From NCBI RefSeq assembly GCF_009914755.1, contig NC_060940.1: a DNA stretch of 64,000 bases. One strand, given 5' to 3'. This stretch comes from the human T2T-CHM13v2.0 reference genome, Homo sapiens. The position numbers were made by a program, and so were the translations under genes. The notes under the pieces are model-generated. The model did no database searches and was not told the origin of the DNA. It saw only the letters and a program-made list of their open reading frames with translations. This document shows positions 44,601-59,797 of this stretch, one piece after another. Position 1 is the stretch's first letter; each line of letters starts with the position of its first letter.

Positions 44601-47600
44601 TGTCGATTTGGTGATTCCATTTGACTTCATTTGATGATGATTCCTTTCAAGTTCATTAGATGATTCCATTCGATTCCATTTGATGATGATCCCATTCGAG
44701 TCCATTCAGTGATTCCATTCGTTTCCATTCCATGATGATTCCATTCCATTCCATTCAATGATTCCATTCGATTCCGTTTGATGATGATTTCATTCGAGTC
44801 CATTTGATGATTCCATTTGATTCCATTCGATGATGATTCCATTCGAGTCCATTCGATGATTCTATTCGAATCCATTTGATGATTTCTTTTGATTATAGTT
44901 GGTGATGATTCCATTGGAGTCCATTCAATGATTCCATTCGATTCCAATTGATGATGATTCCATTAGGGTCCATTTAATGTTTCCATTTGATTCTAGTCTC
45001 TGATGATTACATTCGAGTCCATACGATGATTCCACTCAATTCCATATGATGATGATTCCATTTGATTCCATTCGGTGATTCCATTCTATTCTATTCAATG
45101 GTGATTCCATTCGACTACATTAGATGATTCCATTCGATTCCATTCAATGATGATTCTATTTGTGTCCCTTAGATGATTCCACATGATTCCATTAGATCAT
45201 GATACTATTTGAGCCCATCCAATGATTCCCTTCGATTCCATTTGATGAGGATTCCATTCGATTCAATTCATTGGTGATTCTATTCAATTCAATTCTTTGA
45301 TTCCATTCCATTCCATTCGACAATGATTCCATTCGATTTCTTTCGATGATTCCACTCGATTCCACTTGACATTGATTCCATTCGATTCCATTCAATGATT
45401 CCATTTGATTCCAGTGGATGATGATTGCCATCGATTCCATTCGATCACTCCATTCTATTCCATTTGATGATGATTACATTCGATTCCATTTGATGATTCC
45501 ATCTGATTCTATTCGAGGATTCCATTTGATTCCATTCGATGATGATTCCATTCGAGTCCATTCGATGATTTCATTCGAGTACATCCAATGATTCCATTTG
45601 AGTCCATTAGATGATTCCATTTGATTCCATTTGAAAATGATTCTACTAGAGTCCATTCAATGACTCCATTCGAGTCCATTCAACAATTCCATTCGATGAT
45701 TCCATTCGATTCCATTTGATGGTTCCATTCGAGTCCATTTAATCATTACAGTTGAGTCCATTTGGTGATTCCACTGGATTTCTTTTGATAATGATACCAT
45801 TCAATTACAATTGATGATGATCCCATTCAATTTCATTTGATGATGATTCCCTTAGAGTCCATTCGATGATTTCATTCGAGTCCTTTCATTGATTCAATCC
45901 GATTTCATTTGATGATGACTCCATTCGAGTCCATTCGATGATTCCACTCGATTCCATTAGATGATTCCATTGGAGTCCATTTGATTGTTCCATTCGATTC
46001 CATTCGATTCCTTTCGAAGATTATTCCATTTGAGTCCATTCGATGATGATTCCATTCCATTCCATTCGATGATTCCGTTTGATTCCATTCGATGATTCCC
46101 TTCGATTCCTTTCTTTGATGATTCCATTCCATTCCATTCAATGATTCCATTCGAATCTATTCCATGATGATTCCTTTCGATTCCATTCGCTGATGTTTCC
46201 GTTCAATTCCATTCGATGATGATTCCATTCGATTCCATTCATTGAGGATTCCATTTGATTCCATTCAATGATGATTCCATTCTATTCCATTCAATGATTG
46301 CATTCAATTCCATTCAATGATTATCCCATTAGAGTAAACTCAACGATTCCATTCAATACCATTCGATGATGATTCCTTTTGAGTCCATTCAATGATTTCA
46401 TTCAAGTCCATTTGATGATTCCTTTCAATTCCATTCTATGATGATTCCATTCGAGTCCATTCGATGATTCCATTCGATTGCATTCGATGATTCCATTATA
46501 TTCCATTCAACGATGATTCCATTCGAGTCCATTCGATGATTCCGTTAGAGTACATTTAATGATTGCTTTGTTTTCAATTCGAAGATGATTACATTCGATT
46601 CCATTCTATGATACCATTCGATTCCATTCAATGATGACTCCACTCAAATCCATTGGATGATTCCATTCGTGTCCATTCGGTGATTTCATTAGATTCCATT
46701 CGAGGATGATTCCATTCGATTCCATTCGATGATTCCATTCAATTCCATTCGATGATGATTCCATTCGAGTCCATATGATCATTCCATTTGATTTCATTCG
46801 ATGATGATTCCATTCGATTCCATTCGACGATTCCATTCTATTCCATTCGATGATGATTCCATTCGAGTCCATTCGATCATTCCATTCGAGTCCATTTAAT
46901 GATTCCATTGGGTTCAATTCAATGATTATTACATTGGATTCCGTTCTATGATTCCATTCAATTCCGTTCATTGACAATTTGATTCCATTCGATGTTGATT
47001 CCATTTGAGTTCATTCGATGATTCTATTCGATTTTCTTCGATGGTGATTCAATTCTATTATATTGGATGATTCCATTCGATTCCATTTGATGTTGATTCA
47101 ATTCGATTCTATTCGATGATGATTCCATTGGATTTCACTTGATGATTCTATTCGATTCCATTCAATGATGATTCACTTCTCGTCCATTGGATGATTCCAT
47201 TTCATTCCATTCGATGATGATTCCATTCGATTCCATTCGATGATTCCATTTGATTCCATGCGACGGTGAGCAATTCGATTCAATTCCATGATGATTCTAT
47301 TTGATTCAATTAGATGATGTTTCCATTCGAATCCATTCCATGATTATTCCATTGGAATCCATTCGGCGATGATTCCATATGAGTCAATTCAATGATGATT
47401 CCATATGGGTCCGTTCGATGATAATTCCATTTGATTTCATTCGATGCTTCTATTCAATTCCAGTCGATGATGATTCCGTTGGAGTCCATACGATGATTCC
47501 ATTTGATTTCATTTCATGATGATTCCATTCGATGACGATTACATTGGATTCCATTCTATGATTCCATTCAATTCCATTCGTTGATGATTCGATTCCATTC

Positions 47601-47697
47601 AATGATGATTCCATTTGAGTTCATTCGATGATTCTATTCGATTCCGTTCTATGGTGATTCAATTCTATTATATTGGATGATTCGACTCGATTCCATT
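41645..47697 (+). repeat. Higher-order unit 8 (6053 bp), near-identical to unit 7
   Basis: All homologous ORF coordinates are offset by 6053 from unit 7, with shared private variants. Confidence 0.9.
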
Positions 47698-50600
47698 TGA
47701 TGATTATTCCATTGGAGTCCACTTAGTGAATCCTTTAGATTCTACTCGAAGATGATTCCATTCGAGTCCATTCAATGATACCATTCAATTCCATTCGTTG
47801 ATGCTTCCATTCAAGTGCATTCGATGATATCATTCGATTCAATTTTATGATAATTCCATTTGATTCCATGCGATGATTCTATTCGATTCCATTCAATGAT
47901 AATTCCATTCAATTCAGTGATTCCTCTGGACTCCATTTGATGATGATTCCATTCAATGATTCCATTCGATTCTATTCGAAAATGATTCCATTTGAATCCA
48001 TTTGATGACGATTCCATTCCATTCCATTTGATGATTCCATTCTATTCTATTCGATGATGACTCCATTCGATTCCATTCGATGATGATTGGATTCGATTCC
48101 ATTTGATGATTTCATTTGATTCCATTCGTTAATGATTTCGATCAATTCCATTCGATGATTCCATTCGATTCCATTTGATAATGATTACATCCGAGTCCAT
48201 TCGATGATTCCATTTGAGCCTGTTCGATAATTCCATTTGAGTCCAACCAATGATTCCATTCATTTCCATTCAATGATTCCATTCGAGTCCATTTGATCAT
48301 TCCGGTAGGGTCCATTCGATGTTGATTCCATTGGAGTGCATTCGATGATTCCATTCGAGTCCATTTTAGGATTTGATTCGAGTCCTTTCGATGATTCCAT
48401 TCGATTCCACTCGATGATGATTTCATTCGAGTCCATTCGACACTTCCAATCGATTCCATTTGATGATTCCATTCGAGTCCAATTGATGATTCCATTCAAT
48501 TCCATTCGATGATGATTCCGTACGATTCCATTCTGTGATGATTCCATGTGATTGCATTCAATGATGATTCCTTTCGATTGCATTCGATTATGATTCATTT
48601 CGTGTTCATTCTATGGTTCCAGAGGTTTCCATTCGTGTCCATTCCATTATTCCATTCTATTCCATTTGATGATGATTCCATTCGATTCCATTCATTGGTG
48701 ATTCCACTCAATTCCATTCAATGATTCCATTCCATTTCTTTCAACAATGATTCCATTAGTTTCTAATCGATGATCCACTTGATTCCATTTGACGACGATT
48801 CCATTCTTGTCCATTCGATGATTCCATTTGATTCCATATGATGATGATTCCATTCGATTCCATACCATGATGATTCCATTCGAGTCCATTCAATGGTGAT
48901 TCCATTCAATTCCATTCGATGATTCCTTTCGATTCCATTCGGTGATGATGGCATTCGATTCCTTTCAATCATTCCCTTTGATTCCATTCAAAGGTGATTT
49001 CATTCAAGTCCATTCGATAATTGCATTCGATTCCATTCTATGATGATTCCATTCGAGTCCATTTGATGATTCCATTCAATTCAAGTCAATGATGATTCCA
49101 TTCGATTACATTCGATGATTCCATTGGATTCCATTCGATGATGATTCCATTCAAATCCATTCGATAATTCAATTCAAGTCCATTCGATGATGATTCCAAT
49201 CGAATCCATTCAAAGATTCCATTCAGTTCCATTTGATGATTCCCTTAGATTCCATTCGACGATTCAACTTGATTCCATTTACGATGATTCCATTCGATTC
49301 CATGTGATGATTCCATTCAATTCTATTCAATGATGTTTCCATTTGATTCCATTCGACCATGATTGCCTTTGATTCCATTTAATGATTCCATTCGGTTCCG
49401 TTTGATGATGATTCCGTTCGATTCCATTTGATGATTCCATTTGATTCCATTGGATGAGTCTATTCGATTACATTCGATGATTATTCCATTCGAGTGCATT
49501 AGATGATTCCATTCGAGTCCATTCGATGATTCCATTCGATTCCATTCGATGTTGATTCTGTTCAAATCCATTCGATGATTCCACTCGATTCCATTCGATG
49601 ACTCCATTTGATCCCATTCGATGATTTCCTTTGATTCCCTTTGATGATCATTCCATTTGATTTCATTTGATTCCATTCAGTGATGTTTCCATTCGACTCC
49701 ATTCGATGATGATTCCATTCGACTCCATTCGATTATGATTTCATTCAATTCCATTCGATAATGATTCCCTTCGAGTCCATTCGATGATTCCATTCGATTC
49801 CATTCAACGATGATTTGATTCGTGTCCATTCGATGATTCCATTTGATTCCACTTGTTGATGATTCCATTCGAGTCCATTTGATGATTCCATTCAATTCCA
49901 TACTCCGATGATTTCTTTTGAGCCCACTCAATGCTTCCACTCGATTCCATATGATGATGACTCCATTCGATGAAATTCGATGATGATTCCATTCGCTTGC
50001 TTTCGATGATGATTCCACTTGAGTCCGTTAGAAGATTCTATTCAATTACATTCCATGACGATTCCGTTCGAGTCCATTTGATGATTCCATTAGACTCCAT
50101 TCGACGATGATTCCATTCGATGTTATTCGATGATTCCATTCGATCTCATTCGATGATGATTCCATTCAACTCCATTCGATGTTTCCATTCGAGTTCATTC
50201 TATTATTCCATTAGATTCCATTCGATGATGATTCCATTCGATTCCATTTGATGATTGCATTCTATTTCATTTGATGATGATTCCATTCGAGTCCACTCGA
50301 TGATTCCATTCGAGTCCATTTAATGAATCCATTGGTTTCAATTCTATGATGATTACATTGGATTCCATTCGTTGATGATTTCATTCGGTTCCATTCAATG
50401 ATGATTCCATTCAATTCCTTTCAATGTTTCCATTCAATTCCATACGATGATGATTCCATTTGATTTGATTCGACAGTGAGCCATTCGATTCAATTCCATG
50501 ATGATTCTATTTGATTCAATTGGTTGACATTTCCATTCGATTCCATTCGATGATGATTCCCTTTGATTCCATTCAAAGATGATTCCATTCTAGCCCATTC

Positions 50601-53600
50601 AATCATTCCATTCGATTCTATTCAATGATGATTCCATTCATGTCGATTTGGTGATTCCATTTGACTTCATTTGATGATGATTCCTTTCAAGTTCATTAGA
50701 TGATTCCATTCGATTCCATTTGATGATGATCCCATTCGAGTCCATTCAGTGATTCCATTCGTTTCCATTCCATGATGATTCCATTCCATTCCATGCAATG
50801 ATTCCATTCGATTCCGTTTGATGATGATTTCATTCGAGTCCATTTGATGATTCCATTTGATTCCATTCGATGATGATTCCATTCGAGTCCATTCGATGAT
50901 TCTATTCGAATCCATTTGATGATTTCTTTTGATTATAGTTGGTGATGATTCCATTGGAGTCCATTCAATGATTCCATTCGATTCCAATCGATGATGATTC
51001 CATTAGAGTCCATTTAATGTTTCCATTTGATTCCAGTCTCTGATGATTACATTCGAGTCCATACGATGATTCCACTCAATTCCATATGATGATGATTCCA
51101 TTTGATTCCATTCGGTGATTCCATTCTATTCTATTCAATGGTGATTCCATTCGAGTACATTAGATGATTCCATTCGATTCCATTCAATGATGATTCTATT
51201 TGTGTCCCTTAGATGATTCCACATGATTCCATTAGATGATGATACTATTTGAGCCCATCGAATGATTCCCTTCGATTCCATTCGATGAGGATTCCATTCG
51301 ATTCAATTCATTGGTGATTCTATTCAATTCAATTCTTTGATTCCATTCCATTCCATTCGACAATGATTCCATTCGATTTCTTTCGATGATTCCACTCGAT
51401 TCCACTTGACATTGATTCCATTCGATTCCATTCAATGATTCCATTTGATTCCAGTGGATGATGATTGCCATCGATTCCATTCGATCACTCCATTCTATTC
51501 CATTTGATGATGATTACATTCGATTCCATTTGATGATTCCATCTGATTCTATTCGACGATTCCATTTGATTCCATTCGCTGATGATTCCATTCGAGTCCA
51601 TTCGATGATTTCATTCGAGTACATCCAATGATTCCATTCGAGTCCATTTGATGATTCCATTTGATTCCATTTGATTATGATTCTACTAGAGTCCATTCAG
51701 TGACTCCATTCTAGTCCATTCAACAATTCCATTCGACTCCATTCGATGATTCCATTCGATTCCATTTGATGATTCCATTCGAGTCCATTTAATCATTACA
51801 GTCGAGTCCATTTGGTGATTCCGCTGGATTTCCTTTGATAATGATACCATTCAATTACTTTTGATGATGATCCCATTCAATTTCATTTGATGATGATTCC
51901 ATTAGAGTCCATTCGATGATTTTATTCGAGTCCCTTCATTGATTCCATCCGATTTCATTGGATGATGACTCCATTCGAGTCCATTCGATGATTCCACTCG
52001 ATTCCATTAGATGATTCCATTGGAGTCCATTTGATTGTTCCATTCGATTCCATTCGATTCCTTTCGAAGATTATTCCATTTGAGTCCATTCGATGATGAT
52101 TCCATTCCATTCCATTCGATGATTCCGTTTGATTCCATTCGATGATTCCCTTCGATTCCTTTCTTTGATGATTCCATTCCATTCCATTCAATGATTCCAT
52201 TCGAATCTATTCCATGATGATTCCTTTCGATTCCATTCGCTGATGTTTCCGTTCAATTCCATTCGATGATGATTCCATTCGATTCCATTCATTGAGGATT
52301 CCATTTGATTCCATTCAATGATGATTCCATTCTATTCCATTCAATGATTGCATTCAATTCCATTCAATGATTATCCCATTAGAGTAAACTCAATGATTCC
52401 ATTCAATACAATTCGATGATGATTCCTTTTGAGTCCATTCAATGATTTCATTCAAGTCCATTTGATGATTCCTTTCAATTCCATTCTATGATGATTCCAT
52501 TCGAGTCCATTCGATGATTCCATTCGATTGCATTCGATGATTCCATTATATTCCATTCAACGATGATTCCATTCGAGTCCATTCGATGATTCCATTAGAG
52601 TACATTTAATGATTGCTTTGTTTTCAATTCGAAGATGATTACATTCGATTCCATTCTACGATACCATTCGATTCCATTGAATGATGACTCCACTCAAATC
52701 CATTGGATGATTCCATTCGTGTCCATTCGGTGATTTCATTAGATTCCATTCGAGGATGATTCCATTCGATTCCATTCGATGATTCCATTCAATTCCATTC
52801 GATGATGATTCCATTCCAGTCCATATGATCATTCCATTTGATTTCATTCGATGATGATTCCATTCGATTCGATTCGACGATTCCATTCTATTCCATTCGA
52901 TGATGATTCCATTCGAGTCCATTCGATGATTCCATTCGAGTCCATTTAATGATTCCATTGGGTTCAATTCAATGATGATTACATTTTATTCCGTTCTATA
53001 ATTCCATTCAATTCCGTTCATTGACAATTTGATTCCATTCGATCATGATTCCATTTGAGTTCATTCGATGATTCTATTCGATTTTCTTCGATGGTGATTC
53101 AATTCTATTATATTGGATGATTCCATTCGATTCCATTTGATGTTGATTCAATTTGATTCTATTCGATGATGATTCCATTGGATTTCACTTGATGATTCTA
53201 TTCGATTCCATTCAATGATGATTCACTTCTCGTCCATTGGATGATTCCATTTCATTCCATTTGATGATGATTCCATTCGATTCCATTCGATGATTCCATT
53301 TGATTCCATGCGACGGTGAGCAATTCGATTCAATTCCATGATGATTCTATTTGATTCAATTAGATGATGTTTCCATTCGAATCCATTCCATGATTATTCC
53401 ATTGGAATCCATTCGGCGATGATTCCATATGAGTCAATTCAATGATGATTCCATATGGGTCCGTTCGATGATAATTCCATTTGATTTCATTCGATGCTTC
53501 TATTCAATTCCAGTCGATGATGATTCCGTTGGAGTCCATACGATGATTCCATTTGATTTCATTTCATGATGATTCCATTCGATGACGATTACATTGGATT

Positions 53601-53747
53601 CCATTCTATGATTCCATTCAATTCCATTCGTTGATGATTCGATTCCATTCAATGATGATTCCATTTGAGTTCATTCGATGATTCTATTCGATTCCGTTCT
53701 ATGGTGATTCAATTCTCTTATATTGGATGATTCGACTCGATTCCATT
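47698..53747 (+). repeat. Higher-order unit 9 (6050 bp = 6112 - 49 - 13)
   Basis: Anchor 47698 -> 53748; 13-bp deletion near 49660. Confidence 0.9.
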
Positions 53748-56700
53748 TGATGATTATTCCATTGGAGTCCACTTAGTGAATCCTTTAGATTCTACTCGAA
53801 GATGATTCCATTCGAGTCCATTCGATGATACCATTCAATTCCATTCGTTGATGCTTCCATTCAAGTGCAGTCAATGATATCATTCGATTCCATTTGATGA
53901 TAATTCCATTTGATTCCATGCGATGATTCTATTCGATTCCATTCAATGATAATTCCATTCAATTCAGTGATTCCTCTAGACTCCATTTGATGATGATTCC
54001 ATTCAATGATTCCATTCGATTCTATTCGAAAATGATTCCATTTGAATCCATTTGATGACGATTCCATTCCATTCCATTTGATGATTCCATTCTTTTCTAT
54101 TCGATGATGATTCCATTCGATTCCATTCGATGATGATTGGATTCGATTCCATTTGATGATTTCATTTGATTCCATTCGTTAATGATTTCGATCAATTCCA
54201 TTCGATGATTCCATTCGATTCCATTCGATAATGATTACATCCGAGTCCATTCGATGATTCCCTTTGAGCCTGTTCGATAATTCCATTTGAGTCCAACCAA
54301 TGATTCCATTCATTTCCATTCAATGATTCCATTCGAGTCCATTTGATCATTCCGGTAGGGTCCATTCGATGTTGATTCCATTGGAGTGCATTCGATGATT
54401 CCATTCGAGTCCATTTTAGGATTTGATTCGAGTCCTTTCGATGATTCCATTCGATTCCACTCGATGATGATTTCATTCGAGTCCATTCGACACTTCCAAT
54501 CGATTCCATTTGATGATTCCATTCGAGTCCAATTGATGATTCCATTCAATTCCATTCGATGATGATTCCGTACGATTCCATTCTGTGATGATTCCATGTG
54601 ATTGCATTCAATGATGATTCCTTTCGATTGCATTCGATTATGATTCATTTCGTGTTCATTCTATGGTTCCACAGGTTTCCATTCGTGTCCATTCCATTAT
54701 TCCATTCTATTCCATTTGATGATGATTCCATTCGATTCCATTCATTGGTGATTCCACTCAATTCCATTCAATGATTCCATTCCATTTCTTTCAACAATGA
54801 TTCCATTAGTTTCTAATCGATGATCCACTTGATTCCATTTGACGACGATTCCATTCTTGTCCATTCGATGATTCCATTTGATTCCATATGATGATGATTC
54901 CATTCGATTCCATACCATGATGATTCCATTCGAGTCCATTCAATGGTGATTCCATTCAATTCCATTCGATGATTCCTTTCGATTCCATTCGGTGATGATG
55001 GCATTCGATTCCTTTCAATCATTCCCTTTGATTCCATTCAAAGGTGATTTCATTCAAGTCCATTCGATAATTGCATTCGATTCCATTCTATGATGATTCC
55101 ATTCGAGTCCATTTGATGATTCCATTCAATTCAAGTCAATGATGATTCCATTCGATTCCATTCGATGATTCCATTGGATTCCATTCGATGATGATTCCAT
55201 TCAAATCCATTCGATAATTCAATTCAAGTCCATTCGATGATGATTCCAATCGAATCCATTCAAAGATTCCATTCAGTTCCATTTGATGATTCCCTTAGAT
55301 TCCATTCGACGATTCAACTTGATTCCATTTACGATGATTCCATTCGATTCCATGTGATGATTCCATTCAATTCTATTCAATGATGTTTCCATTTGATTCC
55401 ATTCGACCATGATTGCCTTTGATTCCATTTAATGATTCCATTCGGTTCCGTTTGATGATGATTCCGTTCGATTCCATTTGATGATTCCATTTGATTCCAT
55501 TGGATGAGTCTATTCGATTACATTCGATGATTATTCCATTCGAGTGCATTAGATGATTCCATTCGAGTCCATTCGATGATTCCATTCGATTCCATTCGAT
55601 GTTGATTCTGTTCAAATCCATTCGATGATTCCACTCGATTCCATTCGATGACTCCATTTGATCCCATTCGATGATTTCCTTTGATTCCCTTTGATGATCA
55701 TTCCATTTGATTTCATTTGATTCCATTCAGTGATGTTTCCATTCGACTCCATTCGATGATGATTCCATTCGACTCCATTCGATTATGATTTCATTCAATT
55801 CCATTCGATAATGATTCCCTTCGAGTCCATTCGATGATTCCATTCGATTCCATTCAACGATGATTTGATTCGTGTCCATTCGATGATTCCATTTGATTCC
55901 ACTTGTTGATGATTCCATTCGAGTCCATTTGATGATTCCATTCAATTCCATACTCCGATGATTTCTTTTGAGCCCACTCAATGCTTCCACTCGATTCCAT
56001 ATGATGATGACTCCATTCGATGAAATTCGATGATGATTCCATTCGCTTGCTTTCGATGATGATTCCACTTGAGTCCGTTAGAAGATTCTATTCAATTACA
56101 TTCCATGACGATTCCGTTCGAGTCCATTTGATGATTCCATTAGACTCCATTCGACGATGATTCCATTCGATGTTATTCGATGATTCCATTCGATCTCATT
56201 CGATGATGATTCCATTCAACTCCATTCGATGTTTCCATTCGAGTTCATTCTATTATTCCATTAGATTCCATTCGATGATGATTCCATTCGATTCCATTTG
56301 ATGATTGCATTCTATTTCATTTGATGATGATTCCATTCGAGTCCACTCGATGATTCCATTCGAGTCCATTTAATGAATCCATTGGTTTCAATTCTATGAT
56401 GATTACATTGGATTCCATTCGTTGATGATTTCATTCGGTTCCATTCAATGATGATTCCATTCAATTCCTTTCAATGTTTCCATTCAATTCCATACGATGA
56501 TGATTCCATTTGATTTGATTCGACAGTGAGCCATTCGATTCAATTCCATGATGATTCTATTTGATTCAATTGGTTGACATTTCCATTCGATTCCATTCGA
56601 TGATGATTCCCTTTGATTCCATTCAAAGATGATTCCATTCTAGCCCATTCAATCATTCCATTCGATTCTATTCAATGATGATTCCATTCATGTCGATTTG

Positions 56701-59700
56701 GTGATTCCATTTGACTTCATTTGATGATGATTCCTTTCAAGTTCATTAGATGATTCCATTCGATTCCATTTGATGATGATCCCATTCGAGTCCATTCAGT
56801 GATTCCATTCGTTTCCATTCCATGATGATTCCATTCCATTCCATGCAATGATTCCATTCGATTCCGTTTGATGATGATTTCATTCGAGTCCATTTGATGA
56901 TTCCATTTGATTCCATTCGATGATGATTCCATTCGAGTCCATTCGATGATTCTATTCGAATCCATTTGATGATTTCTTTTGATTATAGTTGGTGATGATT
57001 CCATTGGAGTCCATTCAATGATTCCATTCGATTCCAATCGATGATGATTCCATTAGAGTCCATTTAATGTTTCCATTTGATTCCAGTCTCTGATGATTAC
57101 ATTCGAGTCCATACGATGATTCCACTCAATTCCATATGATGATGATTCCATTTGATTCCATTCGGTGATTCCATTCTATTCTATTCAATGGTGATTCCAT
57201 TCGAGTACATTAGATGATTCCATTCGATTCCATTCAATGATGATTCTATTTGTGTCCCTTAGATGATTCCACATGATTCCATTAGATGATGATACTATTT
57301 GAGCCCATCCAATGATTCCCTTCGATTCCATTCGATGAGGATTCCATTCGATTCAATTCATTGGTGATTCTATTCAATTCAATTCTTTGATTCCATTCCA
57401 TTCCATTCGACAATGATTCCATTCGATTTCTTTCGATGATTCCACTCGATTCCACTTGACATTGATTCCATTCGATTCCATTCAATGATTCCATTTGATT
57501 CCAGTGGATGATGATTGCCATCGATTCCATTCGATCACTCCATTCTATTCCATTTGATGATGATTACATTCGATTCCATTTGATGATTCCATCTGATTCT
57601 ATTCGACGATTCCATTTGATTCCATTCGCTGATGATTCCATTCGAGTCCATTCGATGATTTCATTCGAGTACATCCAATGATTCCATTCGAGTCCATTTG
57701 ATGATTCCATTTGATTCCATTTGATTATGATTCTACTAGAGTCCATTCAGTGACTCCATTCTAGTCCATTCAACAATTCCATTCGACTCCATTCGATGAT
57801 TCCATTCGATTCCATTTGATGATTCCATTCGAGTCCATTTAATCATTACAGTCAAGTCCATTTGGTGATTCCGCTGGATTTCCTTTGATAATGATACCAT
57901 TCAATTACTTTTGATGATGATCCCATTCAATTTCATTTGATGATGATTCCATTAGAGTCCATTCGATGATTTTATTCGAGTCCCTTCATTGATTCCATCC
58001 GATTTCATTGGATGATGACTCCATTCGAGTCCATTCGATGATTCCACTCGATTCCATTAGATGATTCCATTGGAGTCCATTTGATTGTTCCATTCGATTC
58101 CATTCGATTCCTTTCGAAGATTATTCCATTTGAGTCCATTCGATGATGATTCCATTCCATTCCATTCGATGATTCCGTTTGATTCCATTCGATGATTCCC
58201 TTCGATTCCTTTCTTTGATGATTCCATTCCATTCCATTCAATGATTCCATTCGAATCTATTCCATGATGATTCCTTTCGATTCCATTCGCTGATGTTTCC
58301 GTTCAATTCCATTCGATGATGATTCCATTCGATTCCATTCATTGAGGATTCCATTTGATTCCATTCAATGATGATTCCATTCTATTCCATTCAATGATTG
58401 CATTCAATTCCATTCAATGATTATCCCATTAGAGTAAACTCAATGATTCCATTCAATACAATTCGATGATGATTCCTTTTGAGTCCATTCAATGATTTCA
58501 TTCAAGTCCATTTGATGATTCCTTTCAATTCCATTCTATGATGATTCCATTCGAGTCCATTCGATGATTCCATTCGATTGCATTCGATGATTCCATTATA
58601 TTCCATTCAACGATGATTCCATTCGAGTCCATTCGATGATTCCATTAGAGTACATTTAATGATTGCTTTCTTTTCAATTCGAAGATGATTACATTCGATT
58701 CCATTCTACGATACCATTCGATTCCATTGAATGATGACTCCACTCAAATCCATTGGATGATTCCATTCGTGTCCATTCGGTGATTTCATTAGATTCCATT
58801 CGAGGATGATTCCATTCGATTCCATTCGATGATTCCATTCAATTCCATTCGATGATGATTCCATTCCAGTCCATATGATCATTCCATTTGATTTCATTCG
58901 ATGATGATTCCATTCGATTCGATTCGACGATTCCATTCTATTCCATTCGATGATGATTCCATTCGAGTCCATTCGATGATTCCATTCGAGTCCATTTAAT
59001 GATTCCATTGGGTTCAATTCAATGATGATTACATTTTATTCCGTTCTATAATTCCATTCAATTCCGTTCATTGACAATTTGATTCCATTCGATCATGATT
59101 CCATTTGAGTTCATTCGATGATTCTATTCGATTTTCTTCGATGGTGATTCAATTCTATTATATAGGATGATTCCATTCGATTCCATTTGATGTTGATTCA
59201 ATTTGATTCTATTCGATGATGATTCCATTGGATTTCACTTGATGATTCTATTCGATTCCATTCAATGATGATTCACTTCTCGTCCATTGGATGATTCCAT
59301 TTCATTCCATTTGATGATGATTCCATTCGATTCCATTCGATGATTCCATTTGATTCCATGCGACGGTGAGCAATTCGATTCAATTCCATGATGATTCTAT
59401 TTGATTCAATTAGATGATGTTTCCATTCGAATCCATTCCATGATTATTCCATTGGAATCCATTCGGCGATGATTCCATATGAGTCAATTCAATGATGATT
59501 CCATATGGGTCCGTTCGATGATAATTCCATTTGATTTCATTCGATGCTTCTATTCAATTCCAGTCGATGATGATTCCGTTGGAGTCCATACGATGATTCC
59601 ATTTGATTTCATTTCATGATGATTCCATTCGATGACGATTACATTGGATTCCATTCTATGATTCCATTCAATTCCATTCGTTGATGATTCGATTCCATTC

Positions 59701-59797
59701 AATGATGATTCCATTTGAGTTCATTCGATGATTCTATTCGATTCCGTTCTATGGTGATTCAATTCTCTTATATTGGATGATTCGACTCGATTCCATT
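53748..59797 (+). repeat. Higher-order unit 10 (6050 bp), near-identical to unit 9
   Basis: Homologous ORF starts are offset by 6050 from unit 9 (e.g. 49323/55373, 52656/58706). Confidence 0.9.
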
